Shown: in pieces, positions 46,282 to 55,862 of the stretch
How positions within the stretch are numbered: the first letter of the stretch is position 1
How the letters are laid out: each line of letters opens with the position of its first letter
Virus record (IMG/VR): IMGVR_UViG_647533234_000003
Source of the DNA: an uncultured virus (IMG/VR IMGVR_UViG_647533234_000003)
Lineage: Duplodnaviria > Heunggongvirae > Uroviricota > Caudoviricetes
DNA: 64,000 bases
Strand: one strand, 5' to 3'
Notes under the pieces: generated by a model
Databases searched by the model: none
What the model was told of the DNA's origin: nothing
Seen by the model: only the letters and a program-made list of their open reading frames with translations
Position numbers and translations under genes: made by a program

Positions 46282-49200
46282 CAGATTCCTTCCTTGACCT
46301 TCGCCGCGAAGCTCGCGGCCAGGTCCATCCGGGCAGGCGCGAGCCGCTGCGTGAGCCGCTCGATCTCGGCGCGCGCCGCCTGCCGATCCGCCGCGCGCTG
46401 GTCCAGGGCGTCCAGGAGCCGGTCCAGGACGGGAGGGGAGACGAGGGCGGCAGCCAGGGCGCCGGCGGCCGACTCGTCCGGAGCCAGTCCGGGCAGGTCC
46501 GGAGCTTGTCCGCCCGGGGTGTTGTCCGGCTGTCCGGTCGGGGTGTCCGCGCTGGTCACGAGCGCGGACATGGAGGCGACGAGGGCGAGGTTCGAGCGCT
46601 CAGCGACGGCGGACGCGAGGAGCGGAGAGCTGTGCCCGGGCACAGGCACGGACAGGACAGCGCGGAGCTGCCAGGCCCCGCCCCGGCCCTGCCGCATGTG
46701 GTAGCTCGGCTGGCACGCCTGGAAAACAGCACGGTCCCACTCGGCGAGCCACGGGGATGCCGCGCCGCTGAACCACATGCCGCGCTTGTTCATGCCGACG
46801 GTGACGATTCCGGCGACGGTGCGCGTGTCGTCGAACTGGCAGGCGGCGGTCTCGCACTCCGCGCCGTCGCGGTGGTGCCCCACGTTCATGGTGAAGGTGC
46901 CGACCTTGACGGTGCTGCCGTCGTCGAGGCGGAACCGCGCGCGGAGGAAGTGCGTGGTGTCGATGCGCCCCAGGCTCTCGATCGTCAGGTTCTTGCCCGG
47001 GTATCCGGCGTGCGGCTCTCCGGCCTGGGCGACCCAGCCGTACACCCTGCCGTCCTTGTAGTGAACGCCGCCGGAGCCGGGCGGCAACTCCTCGGCGGTC
47101 GGCTCGCGGAACCACGCGGCGGGCATCGGGGGCGCCTGGCTCATCGCGTTCCAGGCAGATGCTTCGAGCTCGCGCATGCCGGTCTCCTCTTCGTCGTCGT
47201 CCCAGGGGGCGCGCAGCGTCGGGTCGTCCAAGGCGTCGGCGAGCAGGGCGTAGAGGTCTTCGACGCGGTCGCGGAGGCCGTCCTGCTCGGTCTCGGGGAT
47301 GTCGGCTCCGCCTCGGCCGCCCTGGAGGACGGAGGCGATCGCGAAGACCGCGCCCGGCACGATGTGGAGTTCGCCGTCGAAGACGTCGGCGGTGCCGAGC
47401 TTGTACGCGGCGAGCGTGGCCGGATCGGCGGTTTCGTCGCGGTAGAGGAACGCCGCGCCGAGGCGCTGGCCGTTCACGGTGCCGTCCTCGGCGGTGGCCC
47501 AGGCGAGGACGCGGGCGGCGGCGGCGTCGCCGTCCCAGGGGGCGTCCCGGTCGGGACGGACGGGAAGAGAGAGGTCGCCCGACATCGCAGCCGACACCTC
47601 CCCCTCGGGGAGATCGGGGCTACCGACGTACAGGCCGCGCGCGAGCCGTACGAGGTGCCCGGCGGTGACCGCGCGGGCAAGCAGCGATCGGGCCTGCGCG
47701 AGGGGGATGCTCAGGGCCTCGGCGACCTCGCGGGGGGTGACGGCGACGGGGGCACCGGAGACGTAGCGGACGACGCGGGTCATCGCGTCCCCGGCGGCCT
47801 GCACCGTGGGAGTGCAGGCTGCCGTCTGCTCGGGGTCCGGCTCCGGGCCGAGCACGATGCGGGCTCGGTCGTAGGCGGGCATGGCGACGAGAGTCGCGCC
47901 GCGCAGCCGGGCGCGGGTGATCCGCATGAGGACATCGCCCGCGGACTCCTGGTGGACCAGCTCCCCGCGCTCGGGGTCGTCGGGGTCACCGGCGGCAGCG
48001 GTGATCCGCGCGTCCGTGAGCGCGGCGCGTACGGCTCCGAAGGGGACGGTGCCGTCTGCCGCGGTCGTCCACTCGGCGGCGTGGCTGGTGCGGAGCATGG
48101 CCTGCCCGCTCGCGGTCCACTGCGCGGCGGCGGTGGCCCGGACCATCCATCCTCCGTCGGCGAGGCGTAGTACGGACGCGGAGGCGAGGGAGGCGACGAG
48201 GAGGACTTCGTCGTCCTGCGGCTGCTCCTCGGGCGGGCGCCGGTCGATGAACTCGATGTCGACGTCGTCGAGGTCGACGCTGACGCCGAGGGGCGCCTCG
48301 TCCTCCAGGAGCAGGATGGCGTCGGCGCCTGCGGGGCGTCCGGGGTAGAGGACTCCGGCACCGGCGATGCGGTCGCCGTCGCGGTCGACGTCCTGGATGG
48401 CGCCCGCCAGCTCGGCGCCCTCGTGGCCGGACAGCATCTCGTCGGCGTACTGGAGGGGCCAGGGGCCGGTGCCCCAGGTGAGGGAGCCGGGCGCGAAGAT
48501 GCGACCGTCGCCGGTCTCGGTGTTCTCGTATGCGAGGGCCGCGTCCTCCGGGGTGGACCAGGGGCGGGGGAGGAGGGCGACCGGCGCGGCGGCGGTCTGC
48601 TCGGCGGGGACATCAGCGGGGCCGAGGGGGATGTCGATGTGCTCGCCTGCGAAGGCGAGCCGGACCCGGTCGAAGACGAGGGGGCCGAGGCGGCTTTCCA
48701 GCTCGGCGAGGAGCGCGGGGTCGGGGGAGTAGGCGGCGGCGACGTGCGGCACCCACGGGCTGTGCTGCCGAGGAATCTCAGGGTGGTTAGCCTCTTGCAG
48801 CGCGTCGGTCGCGGCGGCGCGGACGGTGGTGAGGGTGGGACCTTCCTCGTTCGTGTCGCGGTCGTCGCCGACTGCCCAGACCCAGCACGGGTCGTCGCCG
48901 TTGCTGTTCCAGTGGTTCGCGCCGAAGGCGTAGCCGGGCAGCGGGCCGGGGATGTCGGCGAGGCGCGCGCGAACGGCGTTGGCCAGCTCGGCGCGCTCGC
49001 CGTCGGACCAGTCGGCGCCGTCGCCGAGGTAGTAGAGGGTGAGGTGCAGCTCGCTGACGTCTTCGCCGCCTTCGAGGGCGAGGCGGGCGGCGTCGGCTGG
49101 GGCGGGCAGGAGCGCGATCATCGCGCCTGTGTGCTCGCCGCTCGCGGCGGTCAGTGACTCCATGATCGCGAGTTCCTTTCGATTCGAAGACGCGGCACGG

Positions 49201-50000
49201 GAGATCGTTTTGGATTCCATGGCTGCGGAACGGTCTGCGTGCGCCAATGCCAGAACGCACCGGCAGTTCACAGTGAGAGCGGGTGGGGCGCCCGGGTCAC
49301 CAGGGCCGGACATCTCCACCCCGCCCACCGTGAACGGCTCGTCCAGCAAACGGAGTTGGCCGTCCGCGTCGTCGTGCGCATCCCGTACGCGCTTGTCGCT
49401 GCGGGTGCGCCACTGCTTCACGAGCGGCCGATCCGGGCCCGCGAGCGCCACGCCTGCGGCGAGCGTCGCTGAGTTCCAGGACCGCGCCGCTTCGGTCCGC
49501 GCGATCCGCTCCTCGCGGGCGTCGCCGAGCTGCGCGCCTTCCCGATCGAACCGCGCCCGCAGGCGGGCCCGCAGCGCCTCGATGTCCTCGCCCGCGCCCA
49601 GCCCGGCCGCCAGCTCCGTGACTGCCGCGCTGGAGAGACGGTCACCGACGGCGCGCAGCAGGTGCTCGGTCGTCTTGACGTAGGCGCCGAGTCCGGCCGG
49701 GAGCCGACCGCTGTCGTAGCGGCCGGGCAGGTCGTCCCACTCTTCGGGCAGCTCGGCGTCGACCGTCCCGGCGGCGTGCTGCGCTGCTGCCTCGGTGACG
49801 CCGAGGAGGCGACGCACGAGGCGCGGAACGTGGCGGCTCCACATGCGGCCGATGGCCGCCACGGAGAACCGGGCGGCGACCAGCTCGGTAGCCGCGTCGA
49901 GTTCGGTGGCGAAGTCGGCGGCGACCTCGTCGAGGACGGCCTGTACCTCGGCGGCGATGTCGTCCTCGGCCTGGGCCAGCAGGGCGTCACGATCCGGCAC
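46281..50000 (-). CDS. head morphogenesis polyprotein: MuF-like + 2H phosphoesterase + capsid maturation protease-like + HTH + scaffold-like
   Basis: IARTE, KQW...DKRVRDAH...DGQ, NCRC (MuF); HLT and PHV (2H); TGDGRIF, GVSVDLD, GATLVAMPAY (protease-like). Confidence 0.8.
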   Translation of the reverse strand: MPDRDALLAQAEDDIAAEVQAVLDEVAADFATELDAATELVAARFSVAAIGRMWSRHVPRLVRRLLGVTEAAAQHAAGTVDAELPEEWDDLPGRYDSGRLPAGLGAYVKTTEHLLRAVGDRLSSAAVTELAAGLGAGEDIEALRARLRARFDREGAQLGDAREERIARTEAARSWNSATLAAGVALAGPDRPLVKQWRTRSDKRVRDAHDDADGQLRLLDEPFTVGGVEMSGPGDPGAPPALTVNCRCVLALAHADRSAAMESKTISRAASSNRKELAIMESLTAASGEHTGAMIALLPAPADAARLALEGGEDVSELHLTLYYLGDGADWSDGERAELANAVRARLADIPGPLPGYAFGANHWNSNGDDPCWVWAVGDDRDTNEEGPTLTTVRAAATDALQEANHPEIPRQHSPWVPHVAAAYSPDPALLAELESRLGPLVFDRVRLAFAGEHIDIPLGPADVPAEQTAAAPVALLPRPWSTPEDAALAYENTETGDGRIFAPGSLTWGTGPWPLQYADEMLSGHEGAELAGAIQDVDRDGDRIAGAGVLYPGRPAGADAILLLEDEAPLGVSVDLDDVDIEFIDRRPPEEQPQDDEVLLVASLASASVLRLADGGWMVRATAAAQWTASGQAMLRTSHAAEWTTAADGTVPFGAVRAALTDARITAAAGDPDDPERGELVHQESAGDVLMRITRARLRGATLVAMPAYDRARIVLGPEPDPEQTAACTPTVQAAGDAMTRVVRYVSGAPVAVTPREVAEALSIPLAQARSLLARAVTAGHLVRLARGLYVGSPDLPEGEVSAAMSGDLSLPVRPDRDAPWDGDAAAARVLAWATAEDGTVNGQRLGAAFLYRDETADPATLAAYKLGTADVFDGELHIVPGAVFAIASVLQGGRGGADIPETEQDGLRDRVEDLYALLADALDDPTLRAPWDDDEEETGMRELEASAWNAMSQAPPMPAAWFREPTAEELPPGSGGVHYKDGRVYGWVAQAGEPHAGYPGKNLTIESLGRIDTTHFLRARFRLDDGSTVKVGTFTMNVGHHRDGAECETAACQFDDTRTVAGIVTVGMNKRGMWFSGAASPWLAEWDRAVFQACQPSYHMRQGRGGAWQLRAVLSVPVPGHSSPLLASAVAERSNLALVASMSALVTSADTPTGQPDNTPGGQAPDLPGLAPDESAAGALAAALVSPPVLDRLLDALDQRAADRQAARAEIERLTQRLAPARMDLAASFAAKVKEGI

Positions 50001-50175
50001 GGCCGGCCTCCTCCGGTACGGAGGTGCTCACGGCAAGCAGGCGGGAGACCTCACGATCCCGCCACGCCCTGACCTCGTCACCCAGGTCGCGGCCCGGACA
50101 CCGCCCGCACCAACCGAGCGCGTGGTGCGCGGGACGGCTGTGCAGGACGACAGCGCGCTGAGGGTCATCCGGCAC
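49987..50175 (-). CDS. small Cys/His protein
   Basis: HHALGWCGRCPG; resembles N-part of 50165-50512. Confidence 0.5.
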   Translation of the reverse strand: MPDDPQRAVVLHSRPAHHALGWCGRCPGRDLGDEVRAWRDREVSRLLAVSTSVPEEAGRAGS

Positions 50176-50512
50176 GGGCTGCCATCCGCTCCTGCGGCAC
50201 GGCCTCGCAGTTGAGGCAGTACGCCCAGCCGCCCGCCCGCCTCGGTCCGCTGGTAGTGCGGACCGTCACCGTGACGACGGAGAGGGCGGCGGCGAAGCCG
50301 CACTCGGGGCACTTCAGCCAGGCAGTGGACGCGTCGAAGGGCCCGTCCCCGTCACCGCTCCAGTCCTCAGCGGCATGGCGGTCGGCGGCCTCGGACCGCC
50401 ACGCGATGACCTCCTCCGCCGCCGTTCGGCCAGAGCAGTGCGAGCACCAGCCGTGGACGCGGTGCGCGGCGCGGCTGTGCCCGATCGGCGCGTCGTACGT
50501 GGGGGTGGTCAC
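50165..50512 (-). CDS. small zinc-binding protein
   Basis: WCSHC, CPEC, CLNC. Confidence 0.55.
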   Translation of the reverse strand: MTTPTYDAPIGHSRAAHRVHGWCSHCSGRTAAEEVIAWRSEAADRHAAEDWSGDGDGPFDASTAWLKCPECGFAAALSVVTVTVRTTSGPRRAGGWAYCLNCEAVPQERMAARAG

Positions 50513-52209
50513 GCGGCCTCCGTGAGGCACCCGGCGACGACCGGGCGCACGTGCGTGTGGTCGTACTCCACCCCGGCCGCCATCAGCTCGCGGAGGTAAG
50601 CGGTGAGGGTCCGCTGGAGGCAGGTCGGGTCGGCGCCGTAGCGGGCGGCGATCTCCGGCGCGCGGTCGAGGACGCCGTCGAGGAGGTTGAGGGCGTCGAC
50701 CTCCTCGCGGGTGACGGGGTAGACGGTGTGGCGGCGGGAAGCGGTGATGCGGCGCGCCTCCGCTCGGCGGTCGCGCGGGCAGGCTCCGGAGCGGCGAAGC
50801 TTCTCCCCCGCCTGGTGGAGGGCGTGCCACAGGAGGCCGTCAACGGCGGCGACGAGCGGGTCGTCCGGCGCTGGGGCGGGTGCGTGGGCGGAGGCCGGGA
50901 GGGTGTCGGGGACGTCGGTGGCCTCGTCGGCGGGCAGCGGCGCGGTGGGAGTGGTGGGCACGGTGTCCTCCGTCTGCTCAGCGGGGGCGGTGGTCGGTGC
51001 GTCGGCTTCGTCGAAACCGGTCTCGCGGCGCAGGGCCGCGTCGCTGATGGCGCCGAGCTTGTGGACCTCGATCGCCGTGCTGCTCCGGTTGGTGCGGACG
51101 CGGAGCGGGGAGGAGTCGGCCAGGACCATCCAGTCCGCGGCGTCGGGTACGCGCTCGTCCTCCAGGAGCGGGCGAAGCCACTGCTCGGTGTAGGCATGGG
51201 CGACGACACGGAGGCGCGGCTCGATCCCGAGACGGATCGCCTCGCTGGTGAGTTCCCAGGCGCCCCAGTGGTTGACGTCCCCAAGGCCGAGGAGGAATTC
51301 GCCGGGGATGTCTGCGGCGGTTGCGAAGCGGCGGATGTTCTCCTCACGGAGCTTGATCGCTAGCTCGTCGAAGTCCGTCCGCAGGACCAGGTGCTGGATC
51401 TGGCCGATGGACTCCGGCGGGACTTCGAGGATGATCGGGACCGTCGCGGCAGCCGAGTCCGGCTCGCGGATCGCGGTCTCCGCGACCTGCATGAAGACAT
51501 CGAGGAGGTCATCCTCGGCGGCCGACTGCCCCGGCGAGGTGGGGAAGCGGGTGCCCTGCGGGATGAGGAGGACGCCGCGCCCAGTGAGACGTGACTGAGC
51601 CACGGCGCGGACGACGGCGCCCAGGAGGCGCAGCTCTTCCAACTCGTCAAGCGCGGCGAGCACGGGGCTGTCGGCCTCAAGGTGCCGCTCGGGGCTGGGG
51701 TCCCACACGCGAACCGCGACCGGCGCGAGAGGCGGGACGATGACGTCCGGGTCGTGCGCCGGGATGGCCACGGGCCGGCCGTCAATCTCCGCTTCGAGGC
51801 CGCTGGAGCCCTTCGAGGACATCTCCAGGACGGACACCACGTGCCAGTCGGCGCGGCCGTCCTTGCGTGGGCGGATGACCGTCCAGCCCTCCCCGGCGAC
51901 GGCGAGGTGACGGCCGTACTCCCGAAGGAGCTGCGACTGCCCGTCTGCGCCCCCGGCGATGCTGGTGACGTGCAGGGCGGCGGGGTGATCGGCAGGGGCG
52001 CGTTCAATGCTGCCGTCGGCCCGGACTCGGCCTGCGTACAGCAGCGCGCTGCTCATCGCGTTGCCGATCCAGTTCGCGAAGGACCGCACCTCGGGAGTGC
52101 GGTAGAAGCCCCAGGCGCGAGCCTGTTGCGCGCGGGCCGGGTTCTGCATGGTCGTCTTCGCCGTGCGGGTGGTGTAGCGGGCGGCCGCGCTGACCAGGTC
52201 GCGGGTCAT
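50509..52209 (-). CDS. portal protein
   Basis: AWGFY..PEVR, VAGEGW, PGEFLLG..DVNHWGAW; between TerL and MuF. Confidence 0.8.
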   Translation of the reverse strand: MTRDLVSAAARYTTRTAKTTMQNPARAQQARAWGFYRTPEVRSFANWIGNAMSSALLYAGRVRADGSIERAPADHPAALHVTSIAGGADGQSQLLREYGRHLAVAGEGWTVIRPRKDGRADWHVVSVLEMSSKGSSGLEAEIDGRPVAIPAHDPDVIVPPLAPVAVRVWDPSPERHLEADSPVLAALDELEELRLLGAVVRAVAQSRLTGRGVLLIPQGTRFPTSPGQSAAEDDLLDVFMQVAETAIREPDSAAATVPIILEVPPESIGQIQHLVLRTDFDELAIKLREENIRRFATAADIPGEFLLGLGDVNHWGAWELTSEAIRLGIEPRLRVVAHAYTEQWLRPLLEDERVPDAADWMVLADSSPLRVRTNRSSTAIEVHKLGAISDAALRRETGFDEADAPTTAPAEQTEDTVPTTPTAPLPADEATDVPDTLPASAHAPAPAPDDPLVAAVDGLLWHALHQAGEKLRRSGACPRDRRAEARRITASRRHTVYPVTREEVDALNLLDGVLDRAPEIAARYGADPTCLQRTLTAYLRELMAAGVEYDHTHVRPVVAGCLTEAA

Positions 52210-52328
52210 CGCCGCTCCCTGCGGCGCGGGCGGCGGGGGCGGGGCGGGCGCTTGTCGAGCCAGGCTGTCCACGCCCAGTACGCGGTGGCGAGCCCGAGGC
52301 ACAGTACGAGCGTCGTGTTGCTCCCCAT
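52206..52328 (-). CDS. small TM peptide
   Basis: TGATG and ATGA overlaps on both sides. Confidence 0.4.
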   Translation of the reverse strand: MGSNTTLVLCLGLATAYWAWTAWLDKRPPRPRRPRRRERR

Positions 52329-52669
52329 CAGGCGTCCCGCGTCGGCAGGGTGTCGTCGATGCGGGAGAGGAGCGCCTGCCCGCCCGCGACGGCGAGCCAC
52401 TCCACGCCGTGCACGAGCACCGGGGCGTCGTGCCACTGCCCCGATGCGAAGAGGTACGTCGCGAGGATCGCGCCCGACAGCCACCAGCCGATGCAGTAGG
52501 TGCACGAGAGCAGGGTGATCACGAAGTCCCGGGTCGTCGAGTCGAGTCGGGCTTCGTGCCAGGCGAAGAGCCGGTCCCGCAGCGGGTCGAGGATCGAGTC
52601 GGCGACGACGAGGCGGGTCGCGCGGTACCCGGCGAGGGCCAGGAGGACGAGGGTGGTGAGCGCGATCAC
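52328..52669 (-). CDS. DUF1360-like membrane protein
   Basis: YRATRLVVADSILDPLR, LLSCTYCIGWW. Confidence 0.8.
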   Translation of the reverse strand: MIALTTLVLLALAGYRATRLVVADSILDPLRDRLFAWHEARLDSTTRDFVITLLSCTYCIGWWLSGAILATYLFASGQWHDAPVLVHGVEWLAVAGGQALLSRIDDTLPTRDA

Positions 52670-52925
52670 GTGACGGCCTCCGCAGTGGATCTTCCGTTTG
52701 CGAGGCCCGATCGTAGCGTCATGCGAAAGATTCTTTTGTTGAATGGCGCTCTGGCCACAAAATCTCCCGAACCCCTCGCGCTCGACCAGCTCCCGCCGCT
52801 CGAACGCGCCATCTAATGCCCGAGAGCGGCGCCGAGGGCCGGGGATGTTCGACGAGGACGAAGAGGCAACACGCAACGCCCGGAAGCGGCATCTGCCGCC
52901 CCGTTGGCCCCTTCATGCTGGTTCC

Positions 52926-53327
52926 ATGAGCGCTACCACCTCACCCCCACCCCCGGCGTGCGTCTTCTGCGACATCATGGCCGGGCGGTCGCCCGCGACG
53001 GTCCTACGGGAATGGCCCGACGCCCTCGCTATCAAGCCGCGCGGCGGCGTCAACCCCGGACACACCCTCGTCATCTCACGCCGACACGTGGCGAACGCCA
53101 TCGAGGACCCGGACGTCACCGCTGACACCGTGCGCCGCGCCGCCCAGTACGCGGCCGAGATCGGCGCCAACCTGAACCTCATCACCAGCGTCGGACCGGA
53201 CGCCACACAGACCGTGGCCCACCTCCATTGGCACATTGTGCCGCGCGCCAAGGCCGATGGCCTGCAACTCCCTTGGACTCCGCAGCACTCCGCTCGCACC
53301 GCCGCACGGACCGGAGCCACCTCGTGA
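52926..53327 (+). CDS. HIT family nucleotide hydrolase
   Basis: CVFCDI, GHTLVI, QTVAHLHWHIVPR. Confidence 0.92.
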   Translation: MSATTSPPPPACVFCDIMAGRSPATVLREWPDALAIKPRGGVNPGHTLVISRRHVANAIEDPDVTADTVRRAAQYAAEIGANLNLITSVGPDATQTVAHLHWHIVPRAKADGLQLPWTPQHSARTAARTGATS

Positions 53328-53833
53328 ACGCCCTCGTGGTCATGGCCCGCGAACCGCTCCCGGTCGGCCCGTCCGTCTTCCTCGCAGGTCCCACCCCGGA
53401 CAGGGCCGCTCCTGTCCCGTCCTGGCGGCCCGAGGCTGCCCGGCTCCTCGGCGAGCAGTGGAACGGGGAGGAGCCTCTGACCGTCCTGAGCCCCGAGTCC
53501 CGCGACGGCAAGCGGGCCGACCACTACGAGACCCAGGTCGACTGGGAAACCAGCGCCCGCGCGAGGGCGAGCGTCGTCATGTTCTGGATTCCGCGCGACC
53601 TCAAACTGCTCCCCGGCTACACGACGAACGTTGAGTTCGGTCTGGACGCGCCCTCGGGCCGCGCTGTCCTCGGATGCCCGCCCGACTGCCCCGCCCCGGA
53701 GAGGAACCGGTACCTCGTGTATGTCGCGGGGTGCTTCGGTGTACCCGTCCGCGAAACGCTGCCCGGCACCGTCGCCGCCGCCCTGGCGATCATCGCCGGT
53801 AGAGCAGGCGCACAGGGGACTGCGGGCGGGTAA
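53324..53833 (+). CDS. nucleoside 2-deoxyribosyltransferase-like protein
   Basis: VFLAGPTP, SWR, QVDWE, FWIPR, TTNVEFG; GTGA overlap with HIT. Confidence 0.8.
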   Translation: MNALVVMAREPLPVGPSVFLAGPTPDRAAPVPSWRPEAARLLGEQWNGEEPLTVLSPESRDGKRADHYETQVDWETSARARASVVMFWIPRDLKLLPGYTTNVEFGLDAPSGRAVLGCPPDCPAPERNRYLVYVAGCFGVPVRETLPGTVAAALAIIAGRAGAQGTAGG

Positions 53834-53843
53834 CGCACACGGG

Positions 53844-55313
53844 TCAGGGCGTGCGGGGCCCGCTCCCTCCGCTGATATGCCGACCGTACCGCCCAGCAAC
53901 TCCCGTTCCCGTACGGGCCGCCTGCCGCGCGGCCGCCGGGGACGACACCCGCGCGTCTCCCACCAGGTCCCGTTGCGCCACCATGTACCGCATGGCGTCC
54001 ATGCCGTGGTCGTCCCGCTTGACCGGCTCCTCCGCTTCCTCGCCGCCGGGCTTCACCGCCCAGACGTACGAGGGCACTTCCTCCTCGGTCGAGCACGGCT
54101 TCTTCGCCTCGTCGAGCGCCTGGTCCCGCTCGACCAGCGCGCCGCGCATCAGAAGCAGCCGGGGCCGTCCGTCGCCCGCCACCTTCATGCGCGCCTGGGC
54201 GGCCTGGATGCCCGTCGACTTCCCCTTCTTCGCCGGCCTCGTCGCGAGCCCGAGGTGCCGCTCCAGCGTCGCGCGGTCTTCGGCGTCGTGGTCGCAGATC
54301 ACCGCCTGGGGGCGCGGCTCCGTCCACTCCAGCCGGCACGCCTCGCACGCCTGGCAGTCGTGTGCCTCGCGCTTCGACCCGCAGCACTGCGCGCACGTGC
54401 GGACGAGGCGCAGGATGTCTCGGGCGTGGTCCTCGACGAGGCGCTGCGTGCGGTAGATCTCCCGGTACATGATCAAGCGGCCGTCCGGGTCCTCCGCCCA
54501 GCACTGGAGAACGAAGGGGTTGGTGAAGCCGAAGTCGACCACCCACCAGCGCGGCCACTCCTTCGGGATCGGCGCCGGGTCGATGAGGTGGACGGCGTCG
54601 TCCCAGCCGTCGTAGACCATTCCTTCGGCTGCCGCCCATTGGCCGTCGCGCAGGCGTAGGCGGCGGACCCCGGACAGGGCGTCGAGTTTTGACAGGTAGG
54701 CGGCACCGATTTCCGTCAGGGAGCCGTCGGCGTTGACGTACGCGGGGTTGTCCCGGTGACGGGAGTTGATCAGCCGCATGGTGCCGGTGTCGGCCCGCTG
54801 TTTGAGCCAGTGGGAGGGCTGGGCCGGGTTCGCGGCGCAGACGATCTGCTTGTACGTGGGCGCGCCGCCCCTGAGCCGGGTGATCAGCGTCTCGTGTGCG
54901 GTCTTGCTGATCTGGGTGGCCTCGTCCACGGCGATGCGGTCGAACTCGCTGCTGAGGAACTTTTCGGGCCGGTCGAGGCCGCCGACCAGGATCTCGGAGC
55001 CGTTGGCATACCGGTAGGCGGGAGGCTGCCGGGCGCTGCCCCCGAACCACCGCACGAGTCCAGCAGCCATGGCCTCGCCGACGACGGTCCGTTCGAAGGT
55101 CACGAGGGTCGTGCCGGTGAGGGAGGCGTGCGTCTGCCGGACGAGAAGCGCGCGCAGGCCGGGGACGGCGAGACAGGTGAAGTGGAGCTTCTGGAGCATG
55201 GCGAGGGACTTGCCGGTGCCTGCCGGGCCGCAGATCAGTACCTCCGCGTCCCGGCAGGTCAGCAGCTGCACAGCACCGCCGCGAGGCTCGTACCTGACGA
55301 CGGTGCCGTTCAT
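53844..55313 (-). CDS. terminase large subunit
   Basis: GPAGTGKS Walker A, IAVDE Walker B, ANP, VDFGFTNP, DDHGMDAMRY. Confidence 0.95.
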   Translation of the reverse strand: MNGTVVRYEPRGGAVQLLTCRDAEVLICGPAGTGKSLAMLQKLHFTCLAVPGLRALLVRQTHASLTGTTLVTFERTVVGEAMAAGLVRWFGGSARQPPAYRYANGSEILVGGLDRPEKFLSSEFDRIAVDEATQISKTAHETLITRLRGGAPTYKQIVCAANPAQPSHWLKQRADTGTMRLINSRHRDNPAYVNADGSLTEIGAAYLSKLDALSGVRRLRLRDGQWAAAEGMVYDGWDDAVHLIDPAPIPKEWPRWWVVDFGFTNPFVLQCWAEDPDGRLIMYREIYRTQRLVEDHARDILRLVRTCAQCCGSKREAHDCQACEACRLEWTEPRPQAVICDHDAEDRATLERHLGLATRPAKKGKSTGIQAAQARMKVAGDGRPRLLLMRGALVERDQALDEAKKPCSTEEEVPSYVWAVKPGGEEAEEPVKRDDHGMDAMRYMVAQRDLVGDARVSSPAAARQAARTGTGVAGRYGRHISGGSGPRTP

Positions 55314-55862
55314 GTCACTCCCGTTCGAGGTAGCTGATCGCAGCCTTCAGGAGATCCACATTGTCCCGGAAGTTCCCGACCCCGGTGTTGCAGGAGGAGC
55401 ACAGCAGTCCCCGGACACAGCCTGCGCAGCCCCGACGCGGACCGCAGTGGGTGTGGTCGTGGTCGATGTGTAGACGCCTGCCGTTCGATCGCGAGCCGCA
55501 GATTGCGCAGCCGCCCTCCTGGCTCTCCAGAGTCGCGAGATACCACGTCAGATCAACGCCGTACCTTCGGCTGATCACACGGGCGTGCACGCAGTCGCCG
55601 CACTCGGCAGCCAGTCCGTCTGAGGCGCCGCGCTTTCGGTTGAAGCGCGTCACGTCGAGCCAGCGGTCGCAGTCTCGGCACTGCTTGCGCCCCTCCGAGT
55701 CTCGCTGACCAGGGTTCCTACGGCGGACGGTGAAGGCATCCCCAGCAGTGCCAGACCTCCGCCACCGGGCGTAGTGGCTGGCGCACAAGCCTCGGGCGGA
55801 GTGCGGGTCCTCGCACCCCTCAACTGAGCAGGCACCTCACTCTCGGGGGCCTGGGAGCGCTA

